The position numbers and the translations under genes were made by a program. This document shows, one piece after another, positions 1 through 9,133 of a stretch of DNA of 54,649 nucleotides (within the stretch, counting starts at the first letter, position 1; each line of letters opens with the position of its first letter). The stretch is from a virus (taxonomy: Duplodnaviria > Caudoviricetes): the IMG/VR virus record IMGVR_UViG_3300012890_000076, positions 1 to 54,649 of that record. One strand, 5' to 3'. The notes under the pieces are model-generated. The model did not search any database, was not told the origin of the DNA, and was given only the letters and a program-made list of their open reading frames with translations.

Positions 1-1449
1 TCATGCCGCCTTCCGGACCTTCCGCCCTCCCCTGCCCATCGCCTCGCGGGCGCCTTCCATGTGGTCGGTGGCGTGGTGCCCGTACCGGGTCTGGATCATC
101 TCGACCGTCATGCCGACGTAGCCCGAGAGCTCCCACAGGTCGGTTCCGGACTGGACGCCCCACGTCACGGCCGTGTGCCGGAGGGAGTGCCGGACCACGT
201 CGTCTCCGAGGCCGAGGTCATGCACCAGGTTGGCGAAGGCCTTCTTGGTCGAGCCGACGGGCTTGCCCTGCCATTCGACGACGTAGCGCTGCTTGAGGAC
301 GTGGTGCCAACGCCACAGGTGCGCGACGAGGGCGTCCGGCATCCGGACCGTGGGTTGGCGCTTGGTCTTCTTCGCCGCGGCGCCGAGCGCCTTGCGGTGG
401 AACAGCGCCACGCGCTTTTCCACAGGAACCTCGTGCCGGCGCTCGTACTCGACGCCGTCGACCGTGACCCGGTCGATGCGAGATTCCGTCACGGTCTCGG
501 TCCGGAGCTCCATCCACGGCTTGCCGATCTCGGGGATGAACGACGCGTTGCAGATGGGTCCGGAGCGGGTGCCGGTCCGCAGCGCCACCAGGATGAAGCG
601 CGCCAGGTGCCGGGATGGGCGCCGCGGCGTGACGTAGGTCTCGCCCTTCCGCACGCCCCGGTGGATCGTCTGGACCTCGCGCTTGATCCATGCGGCCCGC
701 ACCAGCCGGGCGGCCTCGGACTTTGTGAGCCACCGGTCCCGGGGCTCGGCCTTCGCCGGCAGGGTCACACGGACGGCGTCGCGCGTCAGGCCGTCGCGGA
801 CCGCGTCGTTCACGGCCGCGCGCAGGTCCTCAAGCTCGCGACGGGCCCCGCCCTCCCCGACCACGCGCTCCTTCGTGGGCTTCGAGTGGCCGCGGCGGGC
901 GGGCTTGCCGTCCTTGCCGGTCCCGAGGCGGGCATGCGTCTTCCACGGGGTCCCAACCCGGGACGTGACGTAGGCCTTGCAGGTGGCGCTATCGACGTCG
1001 TCGAGGGTGCGCTCGCCCCACCATTCGAGGAGCGTCATCACGCGCTGCGCGAGTTCCTCGTACCGGGCGACGCCGCCCTTGAGCTCGCCTGTCTCGGGAT
1101 CGGGCACGCCCTTCTTGGCGTCGAGGTATCGGGACAGGACCTCGGCGACGAGGACCTCCCCGGCCGGCCGCCCCTTGCGGACGGGCGTGGCCTCGACCGC
1201 GGCGATGGCTAGGCTGTCCTTGTAGTCGGCTAGCTGCCGGAGCGCTTCGCGTTCCGGGCCTTCGCCAAGGCCGCAGTCAGTGCTGCGGACCTGCCGGCCT
1301 GAGTGGAGGATGATCCAAACGCCACCACGCTCGATGCCGTCGGTCCCGATGCGGCCGGGTCGGTACCAGAGGTACGGCTCCCCCCGTCGTCCGACCCCGA
1401 GCTTGCGGGGTCCCTTCTTTCGCTTCCGCTCTGCCACGCGTCCCTCCAT
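1..1449 (-). CDS. int: Tyrosine recombinase / phage integrase
   Basis: LRTGTR (catalytic R), HSLRHT (HxxR), LSGYVGM...RYGHH (catalytic Y). Confidence 0.95.
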   Translation of the reverse strand: MEGRVAERKRKKGPRKLGVGRRGEPYLWYRPGRIGTDGIERGGVWIILHSGRQVRSTDCGLGEGPEREALRQLADYKDSLAIAAVEATPVRKGRPAGEVLVAEVLSRYLDAKKGVPDPETGELKGGVARYEELAQRVMTLLEWWGERTLDDVDSATCKAYVTSRVGTPWKTHARLGTGKDGKPARRGHSKPTKERVVGEGGARRELEDLRAAVNDAVRDGLTRDAVRVTLPAKAEPRDRWLTKSEAARLVRAAWIKREVQTIHRGVRKGETYVTPRRPSRHLARFILVALRTGTRSGPICNASFIPEIGKPWMELRTETVTESRIDRVTVDGVEYERRHEVPVEKRVALFHRKALGAAAKKTKRQPTVRMPDALVAHLWRWHHVLKQRYVVEWQGKPVGSTKKAFANLVHDLGLGDDVVRHSLRHTAVTWGVQSGTDLWELSGYVGMTVEMIQTRYGHHATDHMEGAREAMGRGGRKVRKAA

Positions 1450-1640
1450 GCGCGCAGTTGCCGGCGCGACACCTCGATGAGACGACCGCGACGGGTCACC
1501 GGAAGCTCGCCCCGCCGGATGGCGCCGCGGAGGTCCGCGACGCTGTAGGCGGGGAAGGCGCCCGTGGGCTCACGGATCTCCGGCGCCCACCGGGCGAGGT
1601 CGAGATCCATGGGCGCGTCCTCGTGGGCCATCGCGGCCAT
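1230..1640 (-). CDS. Probable excisionase-like DNA-binding protein overlapping the int 5' end
   Basis: LRGAIRRGELPVTRRGRLIEVSRRQLRAW resembles the Xis/HTH_17 winged helix; lies immediately upstream of int; start chosen at MAAMAH. Confidence 0.6.
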   Translation of the reverse strand: MAAMAHEDAPMDLDLARWAPEIREPTGAFPAYSVADLRGAIRRGELPVTRRGRLIEVSRRQLRAWRDAWQSGSERRDPASSGSDDGGSRTSGTDPAASGPTASSVVAFGSSSTQAGRSAALTAALAKARNAKRSGS

Positions 1641-1777
1641 CGAGGATCGCCCTTCCGACAAGTCCAGGGAGACGATGAGTTGGTAAGTCGCGGTCATCGT
1701 GGACAGAATCGTCAATCCTTTGGTCGGGCGCAATGAGATCGTGGGTCGGTGGTTAATCGCGTTCCCCCGTGCGTCGG

Positions 1778-2392
1778 TCAGCGCATGTGCGACGGGATCC
1801 GCCACGGATGCATCTCGACCCTGTTCGAATACCTCTCGTCCCTGTTCGAATACCTCTCGTCCCTGTCCCACACCGGAACATGGGGGAACTCGTCGGGGCG
1901 CTCGTTGACGATGCGCCAAACGTCGTCGGCAATGATCGTCGGGACCCTGGTCCGGTCGATCACCTTCGTCCCGGCAATGTGCATGACGTACCCCTTGGCG
2001 AGGAGCGTGTTGGCGTATCCGCCGTCGAGGTCGGTATCGAACGTTCGCAGCCGGTAATGCCTGAGGTAACCGAGGATCTGGCGCTCATCCTCCGTCAGCG
2101 TGGGAATGTCTCCGAGGAACTTTGCCTCCCACGCGAGCCGGTCCTGGCGCCTCCTCCACCAGGCCCATGCCGCCTGGACCCCGCGCTGGCAGACCGTAGC
2201 GAGAGACGCCGCCGACAGGGCCGCGAACCCGAGGGCGACGGCCCCGACGGCCTGGACCATCCAGGGCTCCAGGGGCGGCAGGACGCCGACCTTGCTCAGG
2301 TACAGGTACAGGGCGGCCGCAAGGGCCATGAAACCGGTCTGCCAGCCTGTGGCCTTCAGGATGTCGACGAACTTCGCAAGCGCTTCCAACAT
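1778..2392 (-). CDS. Superinfection exclusion protein B (SieB)-like membrane protein
   Basis: Two N-terminal hydrophobic helices, then LTEDERQIL...LLAKGY, the layout I recall for the SieB family. Confidence 0.6.
   Translation of the reverse strand: MLEALAKFVDILKATGWQTGFMALAAALYLYLSKVGVLPPLEPWMVQAVGAVALGFAALSAASLATVCQRGVQAAWAWWRRRQDRLAWEAKFLGDIPTLTEDERQILGYLRHYRLRTFDTDLDGGYANTLLAKGYVMHIAGTKVIDRTRVPTIIADDVWRIVNERPDEFPHVPVWDRDERYSNRDERYSNRVEMHPWRIPSHMR
1819..1866 (+). repeat. 21-bp tandem repeat (2.3 copies) CCCTGTTCGAATACCTCTCGT
   Basis: Exact copies at 1819-1839 and 1840-1860; encodes RDERYSN twice in the SieB-like C-terminus. Confidence 0.95.
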
Positions 2393-2466
2393 GCCGGAAT
2401 GGTAAGCGCGCCCTGGCCCCGGCGCGATGGCAATGGCCCGGGCGTCCACACTCTCCATGGGGACCG

Positions 2467-2712
2467 TCAGGCCACCGGCCGCCGCTGCCGGGCGAGGCAG
2501 GCCTGGTAGACGGCATGCTCCGTCGCCCGGCGCAGTGCGGCGGGGGGCAGGTCCGCCGACGGCAGGTCACCCGGCGGGATCGTGACCGTCTTCCCGTCGT
2601 GGAGGCGAAGCCACAGGCCGGCGCCGTCGGGCAGGTCGGCGACCGCGACGACGCAGTTCGGGAGGGTGTGGGTGAGGGCCTGGACGTCCGCGTTCGACAG
2701 GGAGGCGGTCAT
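2467..2712 (-). CDS. Hypothetical phage protein
   Basis: ATGA overlap with the upstream gene; GC-rich third codon positions. Confidence 0.65.
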   Translation of the reverse strand: MTASLSNADVQALTHTLPNCVVAVADLPDGAGLWLRLHDGKTVTIPPGDLPSADLPPAALRRATEHAVYQACLARQRRPVA

Positions 2713-3578
2713 GCGCGCCTTCGCCTCCAGACGTCCCGGGACACCTCTTGGAACGGCTCATCCGATCCGACTGGGCGCATGTAGATGCCGCCCATCCTAA
2801 AACTGTGGGTGGCCAGAATGGGTCGCTGAGGGCTCTCGTCCGTTGCGATGTCCACCGGCACACGCTCGATACTCCCGCTGATCTCGACCGACGGCTCGTC
2901 ATCGATGGTCAACATGTCGAGCAATTCAGTGGCGGACCACCGGGCGACCCCACGCGCCTCAGGGGATGCGGCCTGCGTGTCGACGCCGATGGCCACGCGG
3001 TCGCTCAGGAGGGGCTCCTCGGTCCACGGGATCGCCCTCCAACGGATGGTGGGCGTAGAGAACATCCCCTGCCGCGCCTGGCGTAACGCCTCCCGGACCG
3101 CGTCCCTGGCCGCCTTGTGCCTGGCCTTCACGGCCTCAAGGACCTCGGCCGGGGCCTGGTCCTCACGGCACACGTAGCCGTTCGGCGCGACCACGATGCC
3201 GGTCTCGCCGTTGAAATCCAATTCGTGCCCGGCGGCCTTGAACGCCGCGACGAGGGCCTTGAGGCGGCGGGCGGCCTTGCCCCCGACGGCGCTGTTGCCC
3301 TTGCCGTTGGCCATGATCACGCGGCACGACCGGATGTCGAGCGTCGCGCGGGACATGCCGGCGGGATCCCGGAGAGACCAGATCGAATCCCCCGTCATCT
3401 CCTCCTCGCCGGCGAGGCGTCCATAACCATAAGAGTGGCCCCTGAGGCAGTGACCCATGTGGGCGCCCTCACGGTCCATGGCCTGCCGGGTCATGAGGCG
3501 GACGACGAGCCAGCCGTCGCCGGCGTCAACGTGGTCGACGGTGCCGGCGAGCCCGGCGGAAGTGGAATGCTGGGTCAT
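2709..3578 (-). CDS. PcfJ-like domain protein
   Basis: LMTRQAMDREGAHMGHCL...IWSLRD...RATLDI...GKGNS matches the PcfJ-like pattern (EG..M.HC). Confidence 0.7.
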   Translation of the reverse strand: MTQHSTSAGLAGTVDHVDAGDGWLVVRLMTRQAMDREGAHMGHCLRGHSYGYGRLAGEEEMTGDSIWSLRDPAGMSRATLDIRSCRVIMANGKGNSAVGGKAARRLKALVAAFKAAGHELDFNGETGIVVAPNGYVCREDQAPAEVLEAVKARHKAARDAVREALRQARQGMFSTPTIRWRAIPWTEEPLLSDRVAIGVDTQAASPEARGVARWSATELLDMLTIDDEPSVEISGSIERVPVDIATDESPQRPILATHSFRMGGIYMRPVGSDEPFQEVSRDVWRRRRA

Positions 3579-4384
3579 CCGAGGTCTCCAAGTGCGGCCG
3601 CGTCCTCGTCGGACAGGGCGTCGTCTTCATCCGGGGCGGGCTGCATGGGGAGCGGCGGCCGGTGCGTCGCGTCCCACCGGGCGGAGTAGGCGACGGCTTC
3701 AAGGTGCCTCTGCCAGTCCCGCTGCGCGCGAGGCTCCATGGCGTGATGGGCCTCGATGACCATGGGGCGGATCGCGAGGATGGTCTGGGGCAGCGGCGCG
3801 TTCGGCAGGGCATCCCGCCAGATGCCGGCGTCCGGTGCCACCGCGTCGGGCCGGAGGATGATGATGTCGTTGACGAGGGCCTCGATGGCCGTGTCACGGG
3901 ACAGGGCCTCCCTCCTCCGGATTGTGGCCCTCGTCTTTTCCTGGGCGGCCCGCTTCCGGTTGAGGGCTGCTTGCTCGCCGTCGGGAAGGCCCCGGATCTG
4001 GCGCGCGTGCCCCCTGCCGTCTGTCTCATACCAAGGCTGCCTGTCCGGCAGCGTCCATACGTACCGGCCGCCCTCGACAGATTCCTTGAGGAACCCGAGG
4101 CGGACACCCCACGAAAGGGCATTGCCTGCCCGTTCGGCCGTGAAGGCCGGAGTGTGCCGCTCGGATGGGAACCGGGCGGCGAAGGCCGCGACCGCGTCGG
4201 AGACGTGCAGCTGATCCCGACCCTCGAACAGGATGATGATCTGATTGTTGACGCGCTCGGGCCACCGGCCGTGCCGATCCCCGAAATTCGGCTTGGCATA
4301 GGCCTCGGCGAACGCCTGTTCGGGCGTGCGGCCGCTCAGGTGGGAATAGTCCGGCTTGTCGTAGCGGGGGCGGTACCAGGCCAT
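3575..4384 (-). CDS. Hypothetical phage protein
   Basis: AGGAG RBS before MAWYRP; ATGA coupling to the downstream gene. Confidence 0.7.
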   Translation of the reverse strand: MAWYRPRYDKPDYSHLSGRTPEQAFAEAYAKPNFGDRHGRWPERVNNQIIILFEGRDQLHVSDAVAAFAARFPSERHTPAFTAERAGNALSWGVRLGFLKESVEGGRYVWTLPDRQPWYETDGRGHARQIRGLPDGEQAALNRKRAAQEKTRATIRRREALSRDTAIEALVNDIIILRPDAVAPDAGIWRDALPNAPLPQTILAIRPMVIEAHHAMEPRAQRDWQRHLEAVAYSARWDATHRPPLPMQPAPDEDDALSDEDAAALGDLG

Positions 4385-4407
4385 GCGGCTCTCCTGTCCG
4401 AGTGAGG

Positions 4408-4572
4408 CTAGTCGGCGGCCTTGCCCGGCATCAGGGGGGCGGCCGCCCTCGCGACGCGGTTGGCCTGCCGGGGCGTGAGGCCGTGCATCGCGGCGCGGAT
4501 GGCATGCGGATCCGCATGCGCCAGGGCCTCCGCCAGGCGGGCGGCCCGGACCCGGACCTCTGCGGCGGTCAT
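4408..4572 (-). CDS. Small hypothetical protein (MTAAEVRV...)
   Basis: TGATG-coupled start at the end of the upstream HTH gene. Confidence 0.5.
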   Translation of the reverse strand: MTAAEVRVRAARLAEALAHADPHAIRAAMHGLTPRQANRVARAAAPLMPGKAAD

Positions 4573-4781
4573 CACGCGCCCCGGATGGGCACGAAACGCT
4601 CGATCCGCCTGAGGTCGAGCGCGGCGAGGACGCGCTCGCCCATGGCCCTCCGGCCATGAAGGATGTCGTTGAGGTTCGCCTGGCTGATGCCGGCGCGGAC
4701 GGCGAAAGCCCTCTGCGAACCTGCGTCCCGGATCGCCTGAGACAGGCGGTGCCGAACGTCGTCGCGAGTGAGGTCGGTCAT
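4572..4781 (-). CDS. Cro/C1-type HTH protein
   Basis: GSQRAFAVRAGISQANLNDILHGRR is an XRE helix-turn-helix; 69 aa. Confidence 0.8.
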   Translation of the reverse strand: MTDLTRDDVRHRLSQAIRDAGSQRAFAVRAGISQANLNDILHGRRAMGERVLAALDLRRIERFVPIRGA

Positions 4782-5218
4782 GCCGTCCTCCGGGCGCGGA
4801 ACGCCTCCAACCGGGCGGCCGCGGCGGCGATGTCGGCCGGCTTGCGGGAGGCGCGGGGGTAAGTCCCGCCGTGCTCCAGCACGAGCGTCCGCACGAGGTA
4901 TTCCCCGAGGCCGTAGGCGCGGGCGGCATACGTGACGCCGCCGAGTTCATGGACCGCTGCCACGACCTCGCGCTGCTGCTCCGCGCTCAGCGTCCGCTTC
5001 GCCGTAGCCGCCGGGCCGCCCACAGTCATCGCCCGGCCCTGAGACACGAGGCGGCCGACCTGCTTCCGGTCGAGCCAGCCGTAGCGCTCCGCGAGGAGGT
5101 CGAAGTCGAGCTTGAGGGAGAGCTCGTAGACCCTCCTTGGATCGGGCGCCCGGTAGATCCGGGCGTCTAGCATCCGCTCGGCGACGTCTCGCGTGTAGGT
5201 ATTGTTACGTACAGGCAT
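4778..5218 (-). CDS. Hypothetical, possible HTH DNA-binding protein; first gene of the leftward early operon
   Basis: GGVTYAARAYGLGEYLVR is HTH-like; GAGG RBS upstream. Confidence 0.6.
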   Translation of the reverse strand: MPVRNNTYTRDVAERMLDARIYRAPDPRRVYELSLKLDFDLLAERYGWLDRKQVGRLVSQGRAMTVGGPAATAKRTLSAEQQREVVAAVHELGGVTYAARAYGLGEYLVRTLVLEHGGTYPRASRKPADIAAAAARLEAFRARRTA

Positions 5219-5365
5219 TGACGAATCGTTCCCTCATCCGCGTTCGAGGGAATGTTAGCCTGGACGATCCGGATTTCCAGGGGGATCGGCACCGATCACG
5301 TAAATAGACTCGTTGAACGCTGTTCAGACGAGAGCTTGCTTCGTACCCCCAACAGGAACATACGA

Positions 5366-5414
5366 TTTCAACAACGGTTTCAACACCAGGCTTTTGTTGA
5401 AATAGGTGTTGAAT
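5366..5414. promoter_or_regulatory. Four-box operator-like array in the AT-rich divergent control region
   Basis: TTTCAACA at 5366 and 5378, inverted TGTTGAAA at 5395 and TGTTGAAT at 5407; symmetric with 12-bp period. Confidence 0.7.
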
Positions 5415-5483
5415 GAAATCGCTTGGCGCCCGGTTCGACCAGTGGCAGACTTCCCTTGAACGCGGATAAGGGAACTCGATACG

Positions 5484-6359
5484 ATGCCTGAGCACGATGA
5501 TACGCAGACCACTGCCCCCCAGGTCTTCGACCGGGCCCCCGAGGCCTTCGGGCTCGTCTGGGAGTACGCTCGCAAGGTGAAGGGGGAGCGCGAGCTCTTC
5601 ATCGCCCGGGGCGACACCCCGGAGTACACAGAGGCCTATCGCCGGTGCCGCCAGGAGCTCCGGGACATCGGCTTCTCCAATGCCGAGCCGTACTGGGGCG
5701 ACACGTTCACGGGCACCCGGCCGTGCTTCTGGATGACGGCCGCCGGCTGGAGCCCCGCCGCCGTTGAGGCCGTCGAGGCGCTGGTGCCTGTCCGGCGCCG
5801 GGAGGTCGAGGAGCGCGAGGCCGCGTGGAAAGCGGAGCGCGAGGCCCGCGAGGCGGCGGTGGCGAGGGCGAACGAATCGCTCATCGAGGATGCTAAGGCC
5901 GCCGCCCGGCGTAGCCTTGGCACTCGGCGCTGGTCCTGGGTCAGGCCCGTCGACATCGAGGAGGCCGAGGGGCTCATCACAGATCCTGGGCTCGGCATCC
6001 CGGGAGCGCGCAGGCTCCTTGACCTCGTGAAGAGGGCGTCCGCCAACGTCGCCCGGACGGAACAGAAGATCACGATCGCCTACGAGCCCGAGCTCGCCCG
6101 GGCAGGGGACGCCGACGTCCGCGCCGCCGCGGTGGAGGCCCTGGCGCACGTCACGGCCTTCGACGCGGACCGGGCGGCTCACCGCAATGACATCGGGTGG
6201 TCCCGCGCCACGACGCTCGCGGGCCACGTGCTCACCGGCAAAGGTGACCTGGACGCGACGGCGGCCTCGCACGCGCTCCGCATCCTCCGCATCCACCACG
6301 GGCAAGTGCCGGCCGCCCTGCGCGCCCGCCTGTTCGGCGACCTGGCGGTGGCGGCGTGA
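5484..6359 (+). CDS. Hypothetical phage protein
   Basis: 291-aa ORF with RBS, GTGA-coupled to the MTase; C-terminal DADRAAHRNDIGWS...GHVL motif. Confidence 0.8.
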   Translation: MPEHDDTQTTAPQVFDRAPEAFGLVWEYARKVKGERELFIARGDTPEYTEAYRRCRQELRDIGFSNAEPYWGDTFTGTRPCFWMTAAGWSPAAVEAVEALVPVRRREVEEREAAWKAEREAREAAVARANESLIEDAKAAARRSLGTRRWSWVRPVDIEEAEGLITDPGLGIPGARRLLDLVKRASANVARTEQKITIAYEPELARAGDADVRAAAVEALAHVTAFDADRAAHRNDIGWSRATTLAGHVLTGKGDLDATAASHALRILRIHHGQVPAALRARLFGDLAVAA

Positions 6360-7282
6360 GCGCCGAGGTCCTCACCATGCCGGCGGGCGTCCCCCGCCGG
6401 CCGGCCGTCCGGTGGCTGGGCTCGAAGTGGCGGCTGACGCCGTGGATCTTGGAACACCTGCCGCCGCACGAGCTCTACGTCGAGCCCTACGGGGGAAGCG
6501 CCAGCGTCCTCCTGCGCAAGCCCCGGTCGCCCATCGAAGTCCTGGGCGACCTCGATGATGAGCTCCTCTGCCTCTACCAAGTGCTCCGGGACCCGGACAT
6601 GTCCGCGCGCCTGCGCCAGGTGTGCGAGCTCACCTGCTTCTCGGACGCCGAGTTCCGCCTTGCCATGCGGCGCCTGCCGGCCGACGCGGATCCCGTCGAG
6701 CGGGCCCGCCGGATGGTCGTTCGGCACGCCATGCAGGTCTCCCCCGACGTCCGGGGCGAGACGATGGGAACCGGTTTCCGCCGGTATTCCGGCATGCTCA
6801 GGCGTGTCGCGGCGGTGGACTGGACGAGCTATCCGGACGCGATCCCCGAGATCCATGCCAGGCTCAGGGGCGTCATCATCGAGCGGTCGCCGGCCGTCGA
6901 GACGATCCGGCGGCATGACCGCGTCGGAGCGCTACACTACGTCGACCCGCCCTACGTCCACACGACGAGGTCCGAAGCCCGTAAGGGCTACTGCCACGAA
7001 ATGACGGACCTCCAGCACCGCGACCTGCTCGACTGCCTGCTGGATCTGAAGGGCGTGGCGGTCGTGTCCGGCTATGCCTCGCCCCTCTACGATGAGGCCC
7101 TGGCCGGATGGCGCCGCGTCACACGGGAGGTCACGGATCACGCACGCCAGTGGAGAACCGAGGTCCTGTGGATCTCGCCGACGGCGGCCGTGGCCGAAGC
7201 GACGTCGCTCATGATGACCGGCCCCCGGCGCCCGCCGCGCCCGCCGGTGAAGATCCCGGGTCAGACCGCCTTTGCGGTCTAG
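6356..7282 (+). CDS. Solitary D12/Dam-class DNA N6-adenine methyltransferase
   Basis: RWLGSKW, YVEPYGGSASV (motif I), YVDPPY (motif IV). Confidence 0.93.
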   Translation: MSAEVLTMPAGVPRRPAVRWLGSKWRLTPWILEHLPPHELYVEPYGGSASVLLRKPRSPIEVLGDLDDELLCLYQVLRDPDMSARLRQVCELTCFSDAEFRLAMRRLPADADPVERARRMVVRHAMQVSPDVRGETMGTGFRRYSGMLRRVAAVDWTSYPDAIPEIHARLRGVIIERSPAVETIRRHDRVGALHYVDPPYVHTTRSEARKGYCHEMTDLQHRDLLDCLLDLKGVAVVSGYASPLYDEALAGWRRVTREVTDHARQWRTEVLWISPTAAVAEATSLMMTGPRRPPRPPVKIPGQTAFAV

Positions 7283-7689
7283 GCGGCCTTGGGGCGGACC
7301 GTCAGGACCGCCTCATACCCGCAGGCATCGAGCGCCGCGAGGAGGCGGGCCATGCCCCATCCCTCGAACCGCTCGCCTCGGATCTCGGAACGGATTTTGG
7401 GGGACCGGACGCCCTGGCCGAAGGAGGCCGGGGTCGCTGAGGGTATCCGCTTCTGGATCTTCCGGAGGGCCCCGGGCTTCTCGACTTGCCCGGCGACGAG
7501 GGCCGCGAGAGCGTCCTCCATCGAAGCGGCGGCCCGTTCGCCCGCGGCCGCGTCATAGCGCTCAATGATGACCGTCCCGGTCACGCGCGCGGCCCGCTTC
7601 GTGCGGACGACCAGTCCCGCCAGCGCCCGGCAGATGCGGGCATGCTCCGGGTAACGCGCCTCTTGCGCGTAGGCAGTTGCGGTCGGCAC
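7279..7689 (-). CDS. XRE-family (HTH_37-like) transcriptional regulator
   Basis: C-terminal IRGERFEGWGMARLLAALDACGYEAVLTV typical of HigA/HTH_37-like proteins. Confidence 0.55.
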   Translation of the reverse strand: MPTATAYAQEARYPEHARICRALAGLVVRTKRAARVTGTVIIERYDAAAGERAAASMEDALAALVAGQVEKPGALRKIQKRIPSATPASFGQGVRSPKIRSEIRGERFEGWGMARLLAALDACGYEAVLTVRPKAA

Positions 7690-7775
7690 GAGGGCTCTCC
7701 CGGGGGGAATCCCCTAGCGCATGAATGTAGCCGTGTAAGTGACTGACACAATGGGGGAATACCCTCAGGGTTGCA

Positions 7776-8111
7776 TTATGCAGCCATCGAGGGGGAACGA
7801 ATTGCGGAACAACCCGGCCGAACCGCGGTTGTCTTGCCCATTTGCCGGGGCCGGACGGGGCTTCCCGAGACCGCGATGGTGACCGGGATCCCGAGGGACT
7901 GGGCCACGTCGATGAAGGTGGCGGGGCTCCAGCGGATGGCCTCGGGGCCCTCCATGAGCTTCCAGCGCTTGTGCCGGTTAAAGCACCGCCCGGTCAGGGC
8001 GGCGACCTCGTCGTTGGTGAGCTTGCGCTCATGGATGACGCGGATGACCTCCCCGTGGAGGTGGTCGCGAACCGCGTTGAGGAGGGCGCCAGCCCCGGAC
8101 AAATCGCTCAT
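7776..8111 (-). CDS. XRE-family (HTH_37-like) transcriptional regulator
   Basis: IHERKLTNDEVAALTG...RWSPATFIDVAQSLGIPVTIAV. Confidence 0.6.
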   Translation of the reverse strand: MSDLSGAGALLNAVRDHLHGEVIRVIHERKLTNDEVAALTGRCFNRHKRWKLMEGPEAIRWSPATFIDVAQSLGIPVTIAVSGSPVRPRQMGKTTAVRPGCSAIRSPSMAA

Positions 8112-8183
8112 GAGGTGATTGTCCCCACGAGGACGGAGACCTCAATCCTTGTGGCGCGTCCGCTTCCCCCGTGGATCGGAACT

Positions 8184-8219
8184 TGTGCGCCCGACGTGCG
8201 ACCGACGGTGGGCGCACGC
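8184..8219 (+). repeat. Motif C, 36-bp element TGTGCGCCCGACGTGCGACCGACGGTGGGCGCACGC
   Basis: 35/36 identical to the reverse complement of 31249-31284. Confidence 0.9.
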
Positions 8220-8224
8220 TTCGG

Positions 8225-9133
8225 TCACTGCCCGTACAGCACCGTGCTGAGGCTGACGCTCCCGGGCACGGCCGCCTTCGCAACCACTTCCACGAGGCTG
8301 TCCGGGGACACGAACGTCTGCGCCTGGGCGACCGTGCTGAAGGTCGCTTTGGTGGAGTTGGCCGCGAATGACATCGTGCCGATGACTGCCCCGTCCACCT
8401 TCACGTCGAAGGCCACCGCGGCGGGCGCCGCCGGGGTCATGCGGGCGAGCGATCCCACCAGGCCGGACGCCAGGAGCGTGAACCGGGTCACGACCGTGCT
8501 GAGGACGGCGTCGCCGGCCGCGATGGGGCCCTTCCACCGCTCGCGCAGGTCGCGGGGCGTCGAGACGGACACGCGCTGCCACGAGAAGGAGTTGCTGGGC
8601 GCAGAGGTCGGGCCGACGTCGTCGAACGCCTGCCAAAGCGCCTGGTCGCCGCTGGGCGTCGTGTACGAGACCACCGCCCCCTTCGAGTAAGCCGCGTCGG
8701 GGTTGAAATTCCCGGCGTACGTCTGCGCGTCCGTGCCGCCCATTGCGGCGAGCGCCAGGCGGTTGGCGGTGACGTCGGTCGAGAGGGCTGCCGCCGCAAC
8801 GTGGCCCACGAGAGTGATGTACGAGGACCTGGTCGCCGGGACGTAGAACATGTCGCCGGTGTCATACCGGGCGCCGACGATCCTGCCCTCCGGACGCCAC
8901 TTCCACGGCGCGGCGGGGAGCGGGATGGTGGAGAGCTGCCGCCCTGTGGTGGAGGTCAGGTAGAACGAGCGCCCATCGGCCGCCATGACGCGATCCGCGA
9001 CGCCTTCGGCCTGGAGGCCCATGTCCTCAAGGCGAAGGATTCGGTTCCGGAGCCAGCGCATGGAAGCGGCGACGACGTTGGCCTTGAGGGGCTTCGTGCC
9101 GTCCCAGTCGGTGAAAACGTCGGGCGTGCTCAT
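8225..9133 (-). CDS. Putative tail/receptor-binding protein with CBM5/12-like carbohydrate-binding repeats
   Basis: Last gene of the tail operon; FNPDAAYSKGAVVSY...W and ARYDTGDMFY repeats. Confidence 0.6.
   Translation of the reverse strand: MSTPDVFTDWDGTKPLKANVVAASMRWLRNRILRLEDMGLQAEGVADRVMAADGRSFYLTSTTGRQLSTIPLPAAPWKWRPEGRIVGARYDTGDMFYVPATRSSYITLVGHVAAAALSTDVTANRLALAAMGGTDAQTYAGNFNPDAAYSKGAVVSYTTPSGDQALWQAFDDVGPTSAPSNSFSWQRVSVSTPRDLRERWKGPIAAGDAVLSTVVTRFTLLASGLVGSLARMTPAAPAAVAFDVKVDGAVIGTMSFAANSTKATFSTVAQAQTFVSPDSLVEVVAKAAVPGSVSLSTVLYGQ

Noticed and set aside
4502-4519. Perfect 18-bp palindrome GCATGCGGATCCGCATGC
   Set aside because: Single intragenic occurrence with motif B half-sites in reversed arrangement; cannot be distinguished from chance
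7795-7810. Possible LexA box GAAC...GAAC
   Set aside because: Spacer is 8 nt rather than 7 and it lies inside a CDS
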